A stretch of 64,000 nucleotides of DNA from assembly GCA_964016885.1 (NCBI GenBank), contig OZ024741.1:276830001-276894000 (forward strand), given 5' to 3'. The notes under the pieces were generated by a model. The model was given only the letters and a program-made list of their open reading frames with translations. It searched no databases and was not told the origin of the DNA. Shown piece after piece: positions 35,537 through 50,646 of this stretch; the first letter of the stretch is position 1; every line of letters begins with the position of its first letter. Made by a program: the position numbers and the translations under genes. Source of the DNA: Eledone cirrhosa. Its lineage: Eukaryota.

Positions 35537-35609
<73 letters not shown>

Positions 35610-35878
35610 GTGTGTGTGTGTGTATTGAAAACAACAAAACTGTGATTTGTGTTATATATATTTCTCAATATTATATTTCCGACATATTTCCCCAATGTCA
35701 TTTTTTTTTATATTTCCTTTGTATCAGACTCAGGACCTTTATTGTTCCTACACAAACACACAAAACATATGTGAAAAAATTAATAAAACTAATGATAATA
35801 GGACTTAACGACACAATAGTGCTACAAAATACAATATATTTTTCATAGAAAAGGTGTTTCTTATATAAACAAGTATTC

Positions 35879-35936
<58 letters not shown>

Positions 35937-36311
35937 ACATACACACACACACACACATGCACACATATATATATATATATTGTTACTAGCATTGGGACTG
36001 CTACCACCGCGTTCCTAACTAAAGTAGCATACCAAAAACGTTACAACCTAATATTTGTCTGATGCAAACACGCCAAAGGCAATAACCTTGATGTCTTTTA
36101 AATACGTATAACAGGATAATATAATAAACACAGGATGTACACTTAAAACCGTCTCTCTTCTTTATAATATTTGCATTCCATCTGATACCTTATTGATACT
36201 ACTTTAAGGAACCCAAGTGGAGTACTTTACGTCTGATTACTCTACAGTCGGTCGATTAATTGATCAACCAACGTTTCTTTACTTGAATAACTACACACAC
36301 ACACACACACG

Positions 36312-36376
<65 letters not shown>

Positions 36377-36439
36377 CTAACAAATAGTTTATCGCTCTAC
36401 ATGGCTGAATAGAATAAAAGTAATCTGAGGTTTTCGAAT

Positions 36440-36570
36440 ATTAATAATTGTTTCTATTTTTGGCACAAGGCCAGCAATTATCACAGTACATTACTGGTAC
36501 TTTAGTTTATCGACCCCGTAAGAATGAAAGGCTCGGCAGGATTTGAACTCAGACCGTAAAGGGATGCAAC
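36440..36570 (-). mobile_element. Main-family SINE fragment
   Basis: ttgtttctatttttggcacaaggccagcaatt...atttgaactcag. Confidence 0.75.
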
Positions 36571-36779
36571 TCTTTAAACAGCCTCTTTTAAAGCCATGTT
36601 AGTAGAATGGCTCCGCTCTTGTATTGGCATGTAAACAGAATCGCAGTCACCAGTGTTTCTGGGTCACCACCCTTCATCAGCACAGTATACCGCCCATCTG
36701 CCAACTGCCAAAGCTAGTGAAAATATATTATATTTTCTGAAATACAGTGACTGATCGGCCTGATTTGCATATTCCAGCT

Positions 36780-37252
36780 TAACATTCCCATGTCATTACT
36801 GTGGACGTCTTTACTGTCTCTGATGCTTCAACCATAACTGCCCACAAGCTTTGTAGGCCTCCTTCTTTGCTCAGATGGCATCTTTGAACACTTGATTGAA
36901 CGAAGCCCCCCCCCCCCGCGCCATTCAGCGTCACACCGAACCTCTTTCGTCCGCAGCATCTAACAGCTGAAGGAGAAACTTCAGTCTGCTCAGGAAGTTC
37001 TCTGATTTTGGATGCAATAATATCTGCATACCTGGACCTGCTTGACTTATCCACCAACGCTTCCCACTTTATCCTGTAGGTCACTCTGGACCTGTTAGTT
37101 TTGTAGGCTTCTTTGACTTTATGTAGTCTCAAGCTGCAGATAATTAGATCAGTTAAAAGCTCAGTCCCCTCTCTTAACACAAACATCAGTACACATTCGA
37201 AAAGATCAGAGACAATAACAAAATCAATTATTGATCTCTGTCCTTGATTCAC
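36780..37252 (-). pseudogene. RTE-type LINE endonuclease C-terminus/linker fragment
   Basis: GQRSIIDFVIVSDLF...GTELLTD..ICSLRL...RIKWEAL. Confidence 0.7.
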
Positions 37253-37484
37253 CTTTATATATATATATATATATATTTATTAAAATAACAGATTAAAGTT
37301 TAAGCAAAGAATCGCTGCTTTCACCCTTAACGGGATCTTCTGAAACTAACAAAGTCAATCTGTAAACGCAGAAGTGGATATTTCAAAAAACGTTGCAACC
37401 GGAGGAAGACAGGAAGACGATACTTTGGTTCGTGGTAACGTTCGCTGGCAAAGAACGGGAATTAGTCTTGAAATTTATTATTAT

Positions 37485-37596
<112 letters not shown>

Positions 37597-37796
37597 GTGT
37601 TAAACAATATTCGATGAGTATGTCAATATATGAGTATATATATATAACGAAAGAAATGTGGTAAGGAACCAGGTGGACCATAACGCACCACAGTACTGAG
37701 TAAGTACTTAGGGTAGTAGAGTTGGTAATAGGAAAATGTTCAAGACCCCGACGGCAGAGCTCAAGCCGTTTTGACGGCTATTTCTGGACCATATAT

Positions 37797-37837
<41 letters not shown>

Positions 37838-37927
37838 TACGTGTGTATAATGGTAGCTATGGTGCTTCCATAGGCGGTATGCAAAAATTAGCACTCAATA
37901 TTCATACAGAGCAGAGTGTGGGGATAA

Positions 37928-38216
37928 TATAAAAAAACGAAAAATCAGTGATGCATTGGACTCAGTTTATAGCGTGTTACAATTGTTTCGCCGGCAGGTA
38001 GCTCGAGACATGATCACTGTATGGATCTGGCTGATTCTACGGCTGCAGGTTCCTTCGGACACGGGCTCCGAACGAACTACCCGTGGCCGAAGGAACCTGC
38101 AGCCGTAGAATCACCCAGATCCATATAGTGATCATGTCTCGAGCTACCTGCCGGCGAAACAATTGTAACACGCCACAAACTGAGTCCAGATACATCACTG
38201 ATTTTTCGTTTTTTTA

Positions 38217-38218
<2 letters not shown>
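37928..38218. ncRNA. Palindromic pair of hammerhead-like motifs (CCGAAGG core, ~60 nt stem II), family K
   Basis: Minus copy 37973-38063: cgugu CCGAAGG...GAAA caauug UA acacg; plus copy 38082-38172. Confidence 0.6.
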
Positions 38219-38296
<78 letters not shown>

Positions 38297-38891
38297 GTAT
38301 ATACAGTGTATTTTGCAATACACTGTATGCTTAATTAAAAGCATTTTGAAGAACTTACGCTATTGTTTCAAAGTAGTGACTATGTCATTTACTTCTATTT
38401 TCAGCAAACAGGAGGAGTGCTAGGCTTTGATAAGTACCAGCAGTACGAAACAGTGCTCTGTCACCTTATCTCCCCTTCGGAGAGAGAGAAATGCATGGAG
38501 AAAAAAGAAAGAGATAAATAAAGACAGGAGGAAAGAAAGAAAAAAGAAAAAAGGAAGAAATAAGAAAAACAGAGGAAGGAAACAGAGAGATATTAAGTCA
38601 TCAGACAGATAGAAAAACTCAAGAGAGAGAAATATTATATATAGAGAGGGGGAGATAATGAAAACTTTACGTCATGTCATATTAAGTTGAGTTAACAATT
38701 TATATGAAATGAATAATAAAAATATAAATATTAATATTCATGAATGGGACATAAATATAAAATATGAGAAATTAAACATTGTTTAATAATGACTATATGT
38801 TTAGTTTAAAACTTGAGATCAATATACCAAAATTTGGGTTTAATCATCCAAAATGTACACATTGCTAGAGAAATCAGTATCTTAGGCAAAG

Positions 38892-38967
<76 letters not shown>

Positions 38968-39137
38968 GCACGTCTTGAAAATAGAAATTATATTTACTCA
39001 ACTCTTTTTCTAATTGTCCCTAACACTATGACTTATTAAAATAATATAAACAACTCACTATCCAGATGGCTTCCAAATATAATGGTTGCATTTTAAAAGG
39101 GTACGTCAAAGCTTATTTGTAAAACTGTTATATATTG

Positions 39138-39202
39138 TATTTTGTCTGATGAAGGCATACCATCATTTAATTTGGTATCCCTGAAATGTGTATAATGAAA
39201 TA
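39138..39202 (+). ncRNA. Hammerhead ribozyme, family A
   Basis: tattttgt CTGATGA aggcatacca...tggtatccct GAAA tgtgta TA atgaaata. Confidence 0.75.
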
Positions 39203-39241
39203 AATATGGTTTTATAAATATAGTTTCCATTTATTAATATC

Positions 39242-39299
<58 letters not shown>

Positions 39300-39494
39300 T
39301 TATATAACTAACAAATAGTTTATCGCTCCCAATGGCTGAATACAATAAAAGTAATCTGTCCAGAAATAGCCGTCGAAATGGCTTTAACTCTGCCGTTGGA
39401 GTTAATTATTTTCCTATATATATATATATAGTGGTGGAACACTGGAAGGTAATATCCGTAATGGTAGAGCACTCAGTCCAAGGGACGAGTTAGG

Positions 39495-39681
39495 TAGAAG
39501 TGGTTACACAACAGTTAGTTCACCATACCGAGAACAATTGTTTCACCTTCGCGGATCTTCAGCTCGGGATGTGTATGGTTATAGGAACGGCTGTTCCTAT
39601 AACCATACACATCCCGAGCTGAAGATCCGCGAAGGTGAAACAATTGTTCTCGGTATGGTGAACTAACTGTTGTGTAACCAC

Positions 39682-39686
<5 letters not shown>
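39495..39686. ncRNA. Perfect palindrome carrying two divergent hammerheads, family D (39528-39567 minus, 39614-39653 plus)
   Basis: ccgag CTGAAGA tcc-gcgaa-ggt GAAA caattg TT ctcgg; ~94 bp arms with a 4 nt spacer. Confidence 0.85.
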
Positions 39687-39757
<71 letters not shown>

Positions 39758-39759
<2 letters not shown>

Positions 39760-39960
39760 CAAAGGAATTGTGGTAAGGAACTAGATGGACCATAACGCAC
39801 CAGGGTACTCAATACTTAGGGTAGTAGAGTGGGAAATAGGAAAAAGTATGACCCCGACGGCAGAGCTCAAGCCGTTTCGACGGCTATTTCTGGACTCAGT
39901 CCAGAAATAGCCGTCGAAACGGCTTGAGCTCTGCCGTCGGGGTCATACTTTTTCCTATAT
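39758..39960. repeat. Short TA-inserted module ending in a ~60 bp-arm palindrome
   Basis: gaccccgacggcagagctcaagccgtttcgacggctatttctggac and its inverse; copies at 37645-37790 and 39357-39415. Confidence 0.75.
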
Positions 39961-40227
39961 ATATATATTTATATATATATATATATATATTTATCTGGTG
40001 ATTCTATAGACATGTTTTATGATATATAGCTCTGATTATTTAATTTATTAAATTTTCATTGAGCCACAAAGTGACCCGTTGCAAAACACATATATGTATG
40101 TATGTATGTATGTATATATATATATGAGTGTAAACTTTTATATATATATTTATATATATATTTATATGTATATATATATGGAAGTATGTTTGGAACTCGG
40201 CGAGCTAAGTTTAAAAGTGAAATAAAG

Positions 40228-40575
40228 CCAACCAGCCAGTCATCCAATCAGCCCACCATCCATTCAACCATCCACCAACCAGCCAGTCATCCAACCAGCC
40301 CACCATCCATTCAACCATCCACCAACCAGCCAGTCATTCAACCAGCCCACCATCCATACAACCATCCACCAACCAGCCAGTCATTCAACCAGCCCACCAT
40401 CCATACAACCATCCACCAACCAGCCAGTCATCCAACCAGCCCACCATCCATCCAACCATCCACCAACCAGCCAGTCATCCAACCAGCCCACCATCCATCC
40501 AACCATCCACCAACCAGCCAGTCATCCAACCAGCCCACCATCCATCCAACCATCCACCAACCAGCCAGTCATTCA
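40228..40575. repeat. Minisatellite built of CCAW-type tetramers, ~47 bp unit, ~7 copies
   Basis: ccaaccagccagtcatccaaccagcccaccatccatccaaccatcca. Confidence 0.9.
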
Positions 40576-40699
40576 TTCATTTTTCCATTCAGCAGGTGTC
40601 AAATGTTTGGAATGCGGAACTGATGTCGCTCCAGTGATGCACACGGTGCACTTTCACACCCCCACCACCACTACCACCACTACCACTACCACCACTACC

Positions 40700-41790
40700 A
40701 CCACTACCACTACCACCTCCACTGCCACCCCACCAACACCAAATTACCAACTACCACCACCACCACATTCACCCTTACCCCGTTTATCCCCACCACCACT
40801 ACCATCACCACTACTGCCACCCCACCAGCACCAAACTACCAAGTACCACCACCACCACATTTACCATTACCCCGTTTAACCCCACCACCACTACCACCAC
40901 CACTACTGCCACCCCACCAGCACCAAACTACCAAGTACCACCACCACCACATTTACCATTACCCCGTTTATCCCCACCACCACTACCACCACCACTACTG
41001 CCACCCCACCAGCACCAAACTACCAACTACCACCACCACATTTACCATTACCCCGTTTATCCCCACCACCACTACCACCACCACTACTGCCACCCCACCA
41101 ACACCAAACTACCAACTACCACCACCACCACATTTACCATTACCCCGTTTATCCCCACCACCACTACCACCACCACTACTGCCACCCCACCAACACCAAA
41201 CTACCAACTACCACCACCACCACATTTACCATTACCCCGTTTAACCCCACCACCACTACCACCACCACTACTGCCACCCCACCAGCACCAAACTTCCAAG
41301 TACCACCACCACCACATTTACCATTACCCCGTTTAACCCCACCACCACTACCACCACCACTACTGCCACCCCACCAGCACCAAACTACCAAGTACCACCA
41401 CCACCACATTTACCATTACCCCGTTTAACCCCACCACCACTACCACCACCACTACTGCCACCCCACCAGCACCAAACTACCAAGTACCACCACCACCACA
41501 TTTACCATTACCCCGTTTATCCCCACCACCACTACCACCACCACTGCCACCCCACCAACACCAAACTACCAACTACCACCACATTTACCATTACCCCGTT
41601 TATCCCCACCACCACTACCACCACCACTACTGCCACCCCACCAACACCAAACTACCAACTACCACCACCACCACATTTACTATTACCCCATTTATCCCCA
41701 CCACCACTACCACCACCACTACTGCCACCCCACCAGCACCAAACTACCAACTCCCTCCACCACCACATTCCCCATTTCTACGTTCACCAA
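40700..41790. repeat. ~90 bp (ACC)-rich minisatellite, ~12 copies
   Basis: cacatttaccattaccccgttta(t/a)ccccaccaccactacc...gcaccaaactaccaa. Confidence 0.9.
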
Positions 41791-42884
41791 CACCACATAC
41801 ATCACCATTACAACTACTACATCTCTCAACATCAGCATTACTTCGTCCCCCACCACCTTTGTACATCCACCACCACCATTACAATATCCTCCGCCACTCA
41901 TGCCAGAAAAGAGCACCATCAACATTGCTAATTCCATTATACCACCACCATCAAAGTCACCAACAACATAACCCCCCTCCCCCCATAACAACCAACACAA
42001 AGCCACCCCACCACCACCACCACCACTACCACCACCACAACCATCACTACCACAACCGCCGCCTCACTACCACCACCACAAGCGCCGTCCCACCACCACA
42101 ACTACCACCACCACTACCACCGCCGCCCTACCACCACCACTACTACTACTACCACAACCACAACCGCCGCCTCACCACCACCCATACCCTCACCTCCACC
42201 ATCATCACTACCACCACCACAAGCCCCCCCCCCCCACCACCACCACCACAACCACCGCCGCCCCACTTCCACCACTACCACCACCACAACCGCCACCGCT
42301 CCCCCACCACCACTACCCCAACCACCACCACAACCACAACCACCACCTTGCCTTCCAATATTTCATGAGACTTTGTAAATGCACCCCAAACGTCCCACCC
42401 TCACTATCACCCAGCATTTTACTGTTGTTTCAACAATAATATATAAATACATTTATCTCACTAATTTTATTTTGTTTCTTCACCAAAAGTCTATTATTTC
42501 ACTTAACCGTCTCTAACCATCACAGTAAGGCGCCATTACTTAATCACCCTCTCTTTCTCCCATCATAAAACATTTGTTTCTCATTTGTAAAATACATCCA
42601 TCATCACCAACATTTTATTACTTTTTCAACAATAATATACAAATAGTTTATCACTTTAATCTTATTTTGTTTCTTCATCAATGGTCCTTTAAGCCATTCA
42701 ACCCTGTGTTCCATACAACAAAACTTCCAATATCATTCTCACTCAATTACCTTTTCGTCTTCGTTTTCATTTTCCTATCATCAGAAAATTATGTAACCTA
42801 TTTTGATTTACACTTCTTCATTTGTATATACACTTTTACTGCTCTACCCCCAGACCCACAGCTCTCTCTCTCTATCTCTCTCTC

Positions 42885-42979
<95 letters not shown>

Positions 42980-43116
42980 AATGGAAATTCTCTGAATTTC
43001 CAATCTTTTGATAAGCGAAACCGTCGGTCATGGCACTAGAAGAGGTAAATATTTCAATCGTATTTTAATTTATTTGAAAGATTGTTTAATGTTTACTTGT
43101 TCCGCTCATATATATA

Positions 43117-43151
<35 letters not shown>

Positions 43152-43230
43152 GTTATATTTAAATTGTTGGGATACAACAAGCAAATATTTTTATAACTGA
43201 TATAACAAATTATAAAACTGATCTATATTA

Positions 43231-43295
43231 TATTTTATCTGATGAAAGCGCACCATAATTTGACTTGGTGTCCTTGAAATATGTATAATGAAATA
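43231..43295 (+). ncRNA. Hammerhead ribozyme, family A (best-paired copy)
   Basis: tattttat CTGATGA aagcgcacca...tggtgtcctt GAAA tatgta TA atgaaata; 8 bp stem I overlapping AATAAA. Confidence 0.82.
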
Positions 43296-43337
43296 AATAT
43301 GGTTTTATAAATATAGTTTCCATTTGTTAATATATCG

Positions 43338-43370
<33 letters not shown>

Positions 43371-43577
43371 TGCAAACTCTGCTAAGAATATTGCAATTGT
43401 TAGATTATAGAGTTTGTTTCACTTTTAGTCTACGGCCAGCCACACGAACCTGTGACATATCCTGAACAAACAATGCCTGTGCTTTGAAGGTGTTTTAAGT
43501 GGGGAAAGGCCTTGCACTCGACCAATCCCACTCTCTGAGCATTTCAAGGAAGTATTTTGTACTGATTATTATAATAG

Positions 43578-45386
43578 ACTAGCAGAAAAGCCACAGCACG
43601 GGTGGTTTTCTGCTAGTATGTGTAGTGTGCATATTGATATTATACGCAAGTATATATGCATGTAGATATGATACGTCAAATAAAATCGTAATTGACAATA
43701 TGCACAGAAATTGAACGAAGACTATCTTACACTGTCTTCTGTAATCAGTAAAGTAATCCATGATATATATATAATAAAAAAAGACGATATCTAATATATA
43801 TTTGTGAAATGGGCGGTGGTTGAAATTCAGATGTGCACGGTTAAATGGTAGTAGACGTGGTCGGACTGACATGAAAATTTACACACCTATGTAAAAAGTG
43901 CCAAGGAAGCAAATAGACGAGGTTTCAAATCTCTAACTTGAAAAATGTGGTCCCTGGGGCCCCCAAACTATCGCGTTCGGTAAGTTATTTCCCCCTGTTC
44001 TAATACTTTTGTCTTATTTACAATTTCATCAACGTTCTTTCGCTGTTAACATACAGTACCAATAATTTGAAAAATATTATTGAAAGTTTATTATAAAGAA
44101 GCAGTTTCAGGAAAAAGTGTAAACTATCATATAAACCTTCATAATATGCATTTTTAAACTTGCATATCATCGACATTGCTATTTCGCTGTTAATAAACTA
44201 TCATCCTTCTACATTTAACGATCATACAGTACCGTTTTATGAAATCGATTCTGCAGTACGGTCACTGTTTTCCATCAAAAGAAATAAAACCCTTGGCGAT
44301 ACTTGGTTTTAATGTCCTAAATTATCATCATCGACATTCAATTATTAGCTCCACCCACTACACGATACGTCACGAAGGTAAATGTTTCGAAAAAATTTTA
44401 AACTGTATATCGCAACAATATATTGTTTAAAGACATTTTTTTTCTGTTGTTAAAAACTGTAAATCTGTTAAAAGAAAAAATGTATTTCGCAGCAATTTTT
44501 TTTCTGTTAAAAACTGTAAATAAATATTCATGTAAAAATGAAGCATAGTGTTTCGGTTAAATACATTTTTTTAAAACAGATTTACAGTTTTAAACAACAG
44601 AAAACATTTTTTTTTAAACAATATATTTTGGCGATATACAGTTTAAAATTTTTTCGAAACATTTACCTTCGTGACGTATCGTGTGTTAAAAAAAAAATGT
44701 ATTTCGCAGCAATTTTTTTTCTGTTAAAAACTGTAAATAAATATTCATGTAAAAATGAAGCATAGTGTTTCGGTTAAAAACTTAAAAATTGTAAATAAAT
44801 ATTCCTGTAAAAATGAAGCATAGTTTTTCTGTGAAAAACTGTAAATAAATATTTATTTTGTTAAAAAAATAAATCAAAAATCTAATTTTCTCTGTTAATA
44901 TTTTAATAAATATTTATTCTAAAAATTCAATGTTTTTTCGTGTAAAAATGAAGCATGTAAGAAAATGAACATGTAAAAATCCAGCAGCAGCAGCAGCTGA
45001 TGACGTGTCGTGACGTATCGTGTAGTGGGTGGAGCTAATAATTGAATGTCAATGATGATAATTTAGGACACTAAAACCAAGTATCACCCCCTTGGCGAAA
45101 TTGCAAAGAAGAGACGCGTGTTTTTATTTTAATTCTAATACATGTTAACCACCACTAACAGTAAGTAGTATTTTTCAAATTGCATATAATCGACATTGCT
45201 ATTTCGCTGTTAATAAACAACGCTTTTCACGTCACTCCACTTCTCATTGTACGCCGTCCAGCCCCAAGTGCATATTTCTATTTTTTTTCCTGAAACTGTT
45301 TCTTTATAATAAACTTTCAATAATATTTTTCAAATTATTAACTTAATAAAAAGTGACCCCGGGTGCAACCGGGCTCAGCTGCTAGT
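43578..45386 (+). mobile_element. Non-autonomous Helitron-like element with internal rearrangements
   Basis: 3' hairpin cccgg-gtgcaa-ccggg, then 8 nt, then CTAG|T at 45382-45386; left end is a 40 bp palindrome actagcagaaaa...ttttctgctagt. Confidence 0.55.
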
Positions 45387-45605
45387 TATATATAAACTGC
45401 ATTAGGAGAAAATTAGCGACGGAAATATATGCGATATTTTTATAAGTGTTATAATATTACGGCCGCTAACCGAAAGTGTTGACATTTGAACATTTTAAAG
45501 AAGTGAATTTTAAAGATCTTTAAATAAGCTATGAAATATAGTTAATCAACAGCCACGAAATTTAGCACATAAATTATGTAATATTCATTCAAATTTATTC
45601 AAGAG

Positions 45606-45785
45606 CAGTCGATTGGCAGAGGGTCGGACGCCGTGCTTTGACGCATAGAGTTACGGCCCTTACCATTCTGAGTTCAAATCACGCCGAGGTTAACTTTACC
45701 TTTCATCCTTTCATCGATAAAATAAAGTACCAATAATGTACTGGGTAATTGCTGGCCTTGTGCCAAAAGTAGAAACAATTATTTA
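45606..45785 (+). mobile_element. Main-family tRNA-derived SINE
   Basis: gattggcag...gagttcaaatc...gaggttaacttt...gccttgtgccaaaagtagaaacaatt. Confidence 0.85.
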
Positions 45786-45953
45786 TTCAAAGTAATCCAA
45801 CTTATTTTACAAACGGAGTAAAAAAATATATTCTGGACGCAGTCTCGCACTCCTTACTTTATTATAGTTAAGATTCCCGTATTTTGAACTGTTTTAACTT
45901 CTCTACCTACTTCTTTCCAGTTTTCTATATTGTTTTTTTTTTTTAAAAAAACG

Positions 45954-46003
<50 letters not shown>

Positions 46004-46275
46004 TTTCATTAAGGTTAATAAATAGTGAGTCTTATTATTCTGGAGTTTCGCCTGTTTATGAACATTAACAAGATTTACTATTTAGCCTTAATAAAATGAA
46101 TATTAAAACTACTAAAATACTGAATACTCTTTTCTCTCAACCGTCAACCACATACGGATATATATATATTTATATATAACGAACAAACAAGAGGATGCAA
46201 TAACATGAAGTGTATTAGTTTCATGCTTGGAGGAAGAAGAATGGGTTACATTGTCAACACACACAGACACACACA

Positions 46276-46431
<156 letters not shown>

Positions 46432-46528
46432 AAATTAGAATTTTATTTCTCGCCCTAACACAGCTGATACATAAATGTAAGTATGCACACGAATATTTTC
46501 AACCGTTCTACAGACTGGCAGAGGTATA

Positions 46529-46569
46529 CAGTCCTGGTGAAGAGTAATGACCCAGAAACATGTTGATTG
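46529..46569 (+). ncRNA. Decayed hammerhead, family E (A6G)
   Basis: cagtc CTGGTGA agagt-aatg-accca GAAA catg TT gattg; flanks homologous to 59697. Confidence 0.6.
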
Positions 46570-46672
46570 TTCCTCAAAGCCAGTGTTGAACAAACGGGTG
46601 ACACCGGTCACCGGCACGTGACAGCTTCAAATTGGGCCGTTTGTTTTCAAACGAATCGAACATTATTATTAA

Positions 46673-46870
46673 AGGCGGTGGATTGGCAGTATCGGTAGAG
46701 AGTCGGACGCCATGCCTTCCAGCATAGAGTTACATCGCTTTTACGAACTGAGTTCAAATCCCGTCGAGGTTAACTTTGCTTTTCATCCTTACGCGGTCGA
46801 TAAAATAAAGTACCAGTAATGCACTGGATATTTGGTGGCCTTGTGCCAAAAGTAGAAACAATTAGTATTA
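46673..46870 (+). mobile_element. Main-family tRNA-derived SINE, full length
   Basis: A box tggcagtatcgg, B box gagttcaaatccc, conserved body and ATT-like tail. Confidence 0.88.
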
Positions 46871-46931
46871 ATGTTCGATATAACCCATACGTACACATGT
46901 ATATGTATATATGCGTGTGTATGTATACATA

Positions 46932-47030
<99 letters not shown>

Positions 47031-47247
47031 ACGTGTGCATACTTACATTTATATATATATATATATATATATACAAAAGTACACCATATTCGATGTTCGA
47101 GTAGCAGCTAAGCCAAGGAATGCCTTCAGCAGTGCAGCCAAACACTCGATGAGATATAGACCTCAGAGTAATAACATACAGTTTAAAGGGCTTTGCAAAT
47201 TGAAAATAGCTCATGCACACACATACGTTCCTATAACCATGCCCATT

Positions 47248-47287
47248 CCGAGCTGAGGATCCGCTAAGGTGAAACAATTGTTCTCGG
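47248..47287 (+). ncRNA. Hammerhead ribozyme, family D
   Basis: ccgag CTGAGGA tcc-gctaa-ggt GAAA caattg TT ctcgg; module 47227-47317 ends in (TA)n. Confidence 0.82.
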
Positions 47288-47314
47288 TATGGTGAACTAA
47301 CTCCTGTGTAACCA

Positions 47315-47451
<137 letters not shown>

Positions 47452-47856
47452 ATATATAGTATTAAGGATACTATTTATGGTTATGTATATACTAAAACTT
47501 TTTATAGTTATATATATTTTAAACCCTAAACAGTGAAAGTGCTTGTATTGCATATAACACCTTGCCGCACAATAGTCTTATATAAATAAGACACACGTGC
47601 ATGCCCCACGTGTAACTATTGCATGCACTAACTACTTCAACTGACTAACAAACTATCCTCTTGCATTATCTACGTAAACTGCCGATGTATTTTAACTTTA
47701 ATTTTGCTTTGATTCTGTTTTAATTTTTTAATTTAAATTGCCATGCAAAAATATTATAATGGATGTCACCCCACTGTGCATCAATATATACATATGTATC
47801 TGTATGTCTCTTGTGTTGGAAAGGAGGTCATGTATGTAAACAATCATTGAAAAATT

Positions 47857-47901
47857 GCTCCGAAGACACCACACTTCGGTTTGGACGAAACAATTGTAAG
47901 C
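47857..47901 (+). ncRNA. Hammerhead ribozyme, U4C core, family H
   Basis: gct CCGAAGA caccacac-ttcg-gtttggac GAAA caattg TA agc t AATAAA. Confidence 0.72.
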
Positions 47902-47930
47902 TAATAAATGGTTTGAACAGAACTTTGATT

Positions 47931-48060
<130 letters not shown>

Positions 48061-48529
48061 GTGTGTGTGTATTTACGTGAAATAAACGTGAAATAAAGCT
48101 GATGCACACACAACGTACAGCCGGTTCGGGAATCGAACTCAAGAGATCGTGAGCCAAAAGCTCCTAACCACTAAGTCACACACGTCGCAAATTCACATGC
48201 TTACTAACTACAACAGCAGCTGACGCTGTTGCCTGTATTTGTTATATCTTGCTGCCTTCACCCCTCACCACACGGCTGCTACCATCACCGACAAGCAGCA
48301 ACTGTTATCATCGATGGATCGATCGATTTTGCAATGCGGCAAGCAGCAGCCATACACATGCAACAGGTGAGTGAATGTGTAGCAATGTGGAATTGATGTC
48401 GCTGTTGAGCAAAACAAAGAGAGATAGCGAGCGACTTTGCGCACATGTACAAACACACGTATCTCTACCTATATAGGTATTTATATTAACAGAAACACAT
48501 GCACTAATACTGTGCACGTGTGCTCGCAT

Positions 48530-50215
48530 AGACAGACACACACGTACACATACATACACTCACACTCACACATATACTCTCACACATACACATACATGCA
48601 CTCACACACATACACATACATACACTCACACACATACACATACATACACACATACGCACGCACATACACATACATACACTCACACACATACACACACATA
48701 CACATACATACACTCACACACATACACACACACATACACATACATACACTCACACACATACACATACACACACATACACATACATACACTCACACACATA
48801 CACACACATACACATACATACACTCACACATACACACACACATACACATACATACACTCACACACATACACATACACTCACACACACACACACACATACA
48901 CATACATACACTCACACACATACACATACATACACTCACACACATACACATACATACACTCACACACATACACACACACATACACATACATGCACTCACA
49001 CACACACATACATACACTCACACACACACACACACATACACATGCATACACTCACACACATACACATACACACACACACATACACATACATACACTCACA
49101 CACATACATACACTCACACACATACACACACACATACATACACTCACACACATACACATACATACACATACATACACTCACAGACATACACACACACATA
49201 CACATACATACACTCACACACATACACATACATACACTCACACACATACACACACATACACATACATACACTCACACACATACACATCCTTACACTCACA
49301 CACATACACATACACACATACATACACTCACACACATACACACACACATACACATACATACACTCACACACATACCCATACATACACTCACACACATACA
49401 TACTCACACACATACACATACATGCACTCACACACACACACATACACATACATACACTCACACACATACACATACATACACATACACACATACACACACA
49501 TACACATACATACACTCACACACACACACACATACATACACTCACACACATACACACAAGCACTCACACACATACACACACACATACACATACATACACT
49601 CACACACATACACATACATACTCTCACACACATACACACACATACACATACATGCACTCACACACACACACACACACATACACATATATACACTCAAACA
49701 CATACCCATACATACACTCACACACATACATACACTCACACACACACACACACATACACATACATGCACTCACACACACATACACATACATACACTCACA
49801 CGCATACACATACATACACTCACACACACATACACATACATACACTCACACATACACACACACATACACATACATACACTCACACACATACACATACATA
49901 CACATACATACACTCACACACATACATACACTCACACACATACACACATACACATACATACACTCACACACATACACACACACATACATACACTCACACA
50001 CATACACATACATACACTCACACACATACACATACATACACTCACACGCATACATACACACACACATACACATACATACACTCACACACATACACATACA
50101 TACACTCACACACATACACACACATACACATACATACACTCACACACATACATACACTCACACACATACACACACTCACACATACACACGCGCACATACA
50201 CACCTCTCACATACA
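48530..50215. repeat. Complex (CA)/(CATA)/(CACT) satellite
   Basis: ~22 bp unit cacatacacatacatacactca; the long HT/YI ORFs are artefacts. Confidence 0.92.
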
Positions 50216-50607
50216 TTTATAAATACACACACACACATAAACACATATCATCACCATCATCATCTTCATCATCGCCGTTTTACGTCCATTCTTCCACGCT
50301 AGCATGGGTTAGACGGGTTGTCCTGTTGTGGGCAGTGTCAGGTCGGGTGACCTTGTCTTGCTCATACGGGAACAGATTTTGGCTTGATTTCTACAGCTGG
50401 ATGTCCTTCCTAATACCAGCCTCATTTACAGTGAGTGCTGGGTGCTTCTCTTCTGTGGCGCCTACACGACCACTTTACAGTGCGGACTGGGTGCTTTTTT
50501 GTCGTGACACCTCCACGACCACTTTATATATATAATTTTAAAAATGAGAAACACTTGCGAAAACAATTAGTCTATGAGTTTCACGCTTTGGGGGAAAGAG
50601 AGAAAAA

Positions 50608-50646
50608 AGTTCGACGTATCGAACGTAAGTCCTTCATCAGTAGTAC
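50608..50646 (-). ncRNA. Degenerate hammerhead-like remnant
   Basis: CUGAUGA aggac-uuac-guuc GAUA cgucg; a second remnant at 50988-51022 (UUGAUGA aagac-aaac-gccc GAAA cguu). Confidence 0.45.

Noticed and set aside
48437-50535. 400-620 aa HT/YI ORFs
   Set aside because: Translation of (CA)n-type satellite
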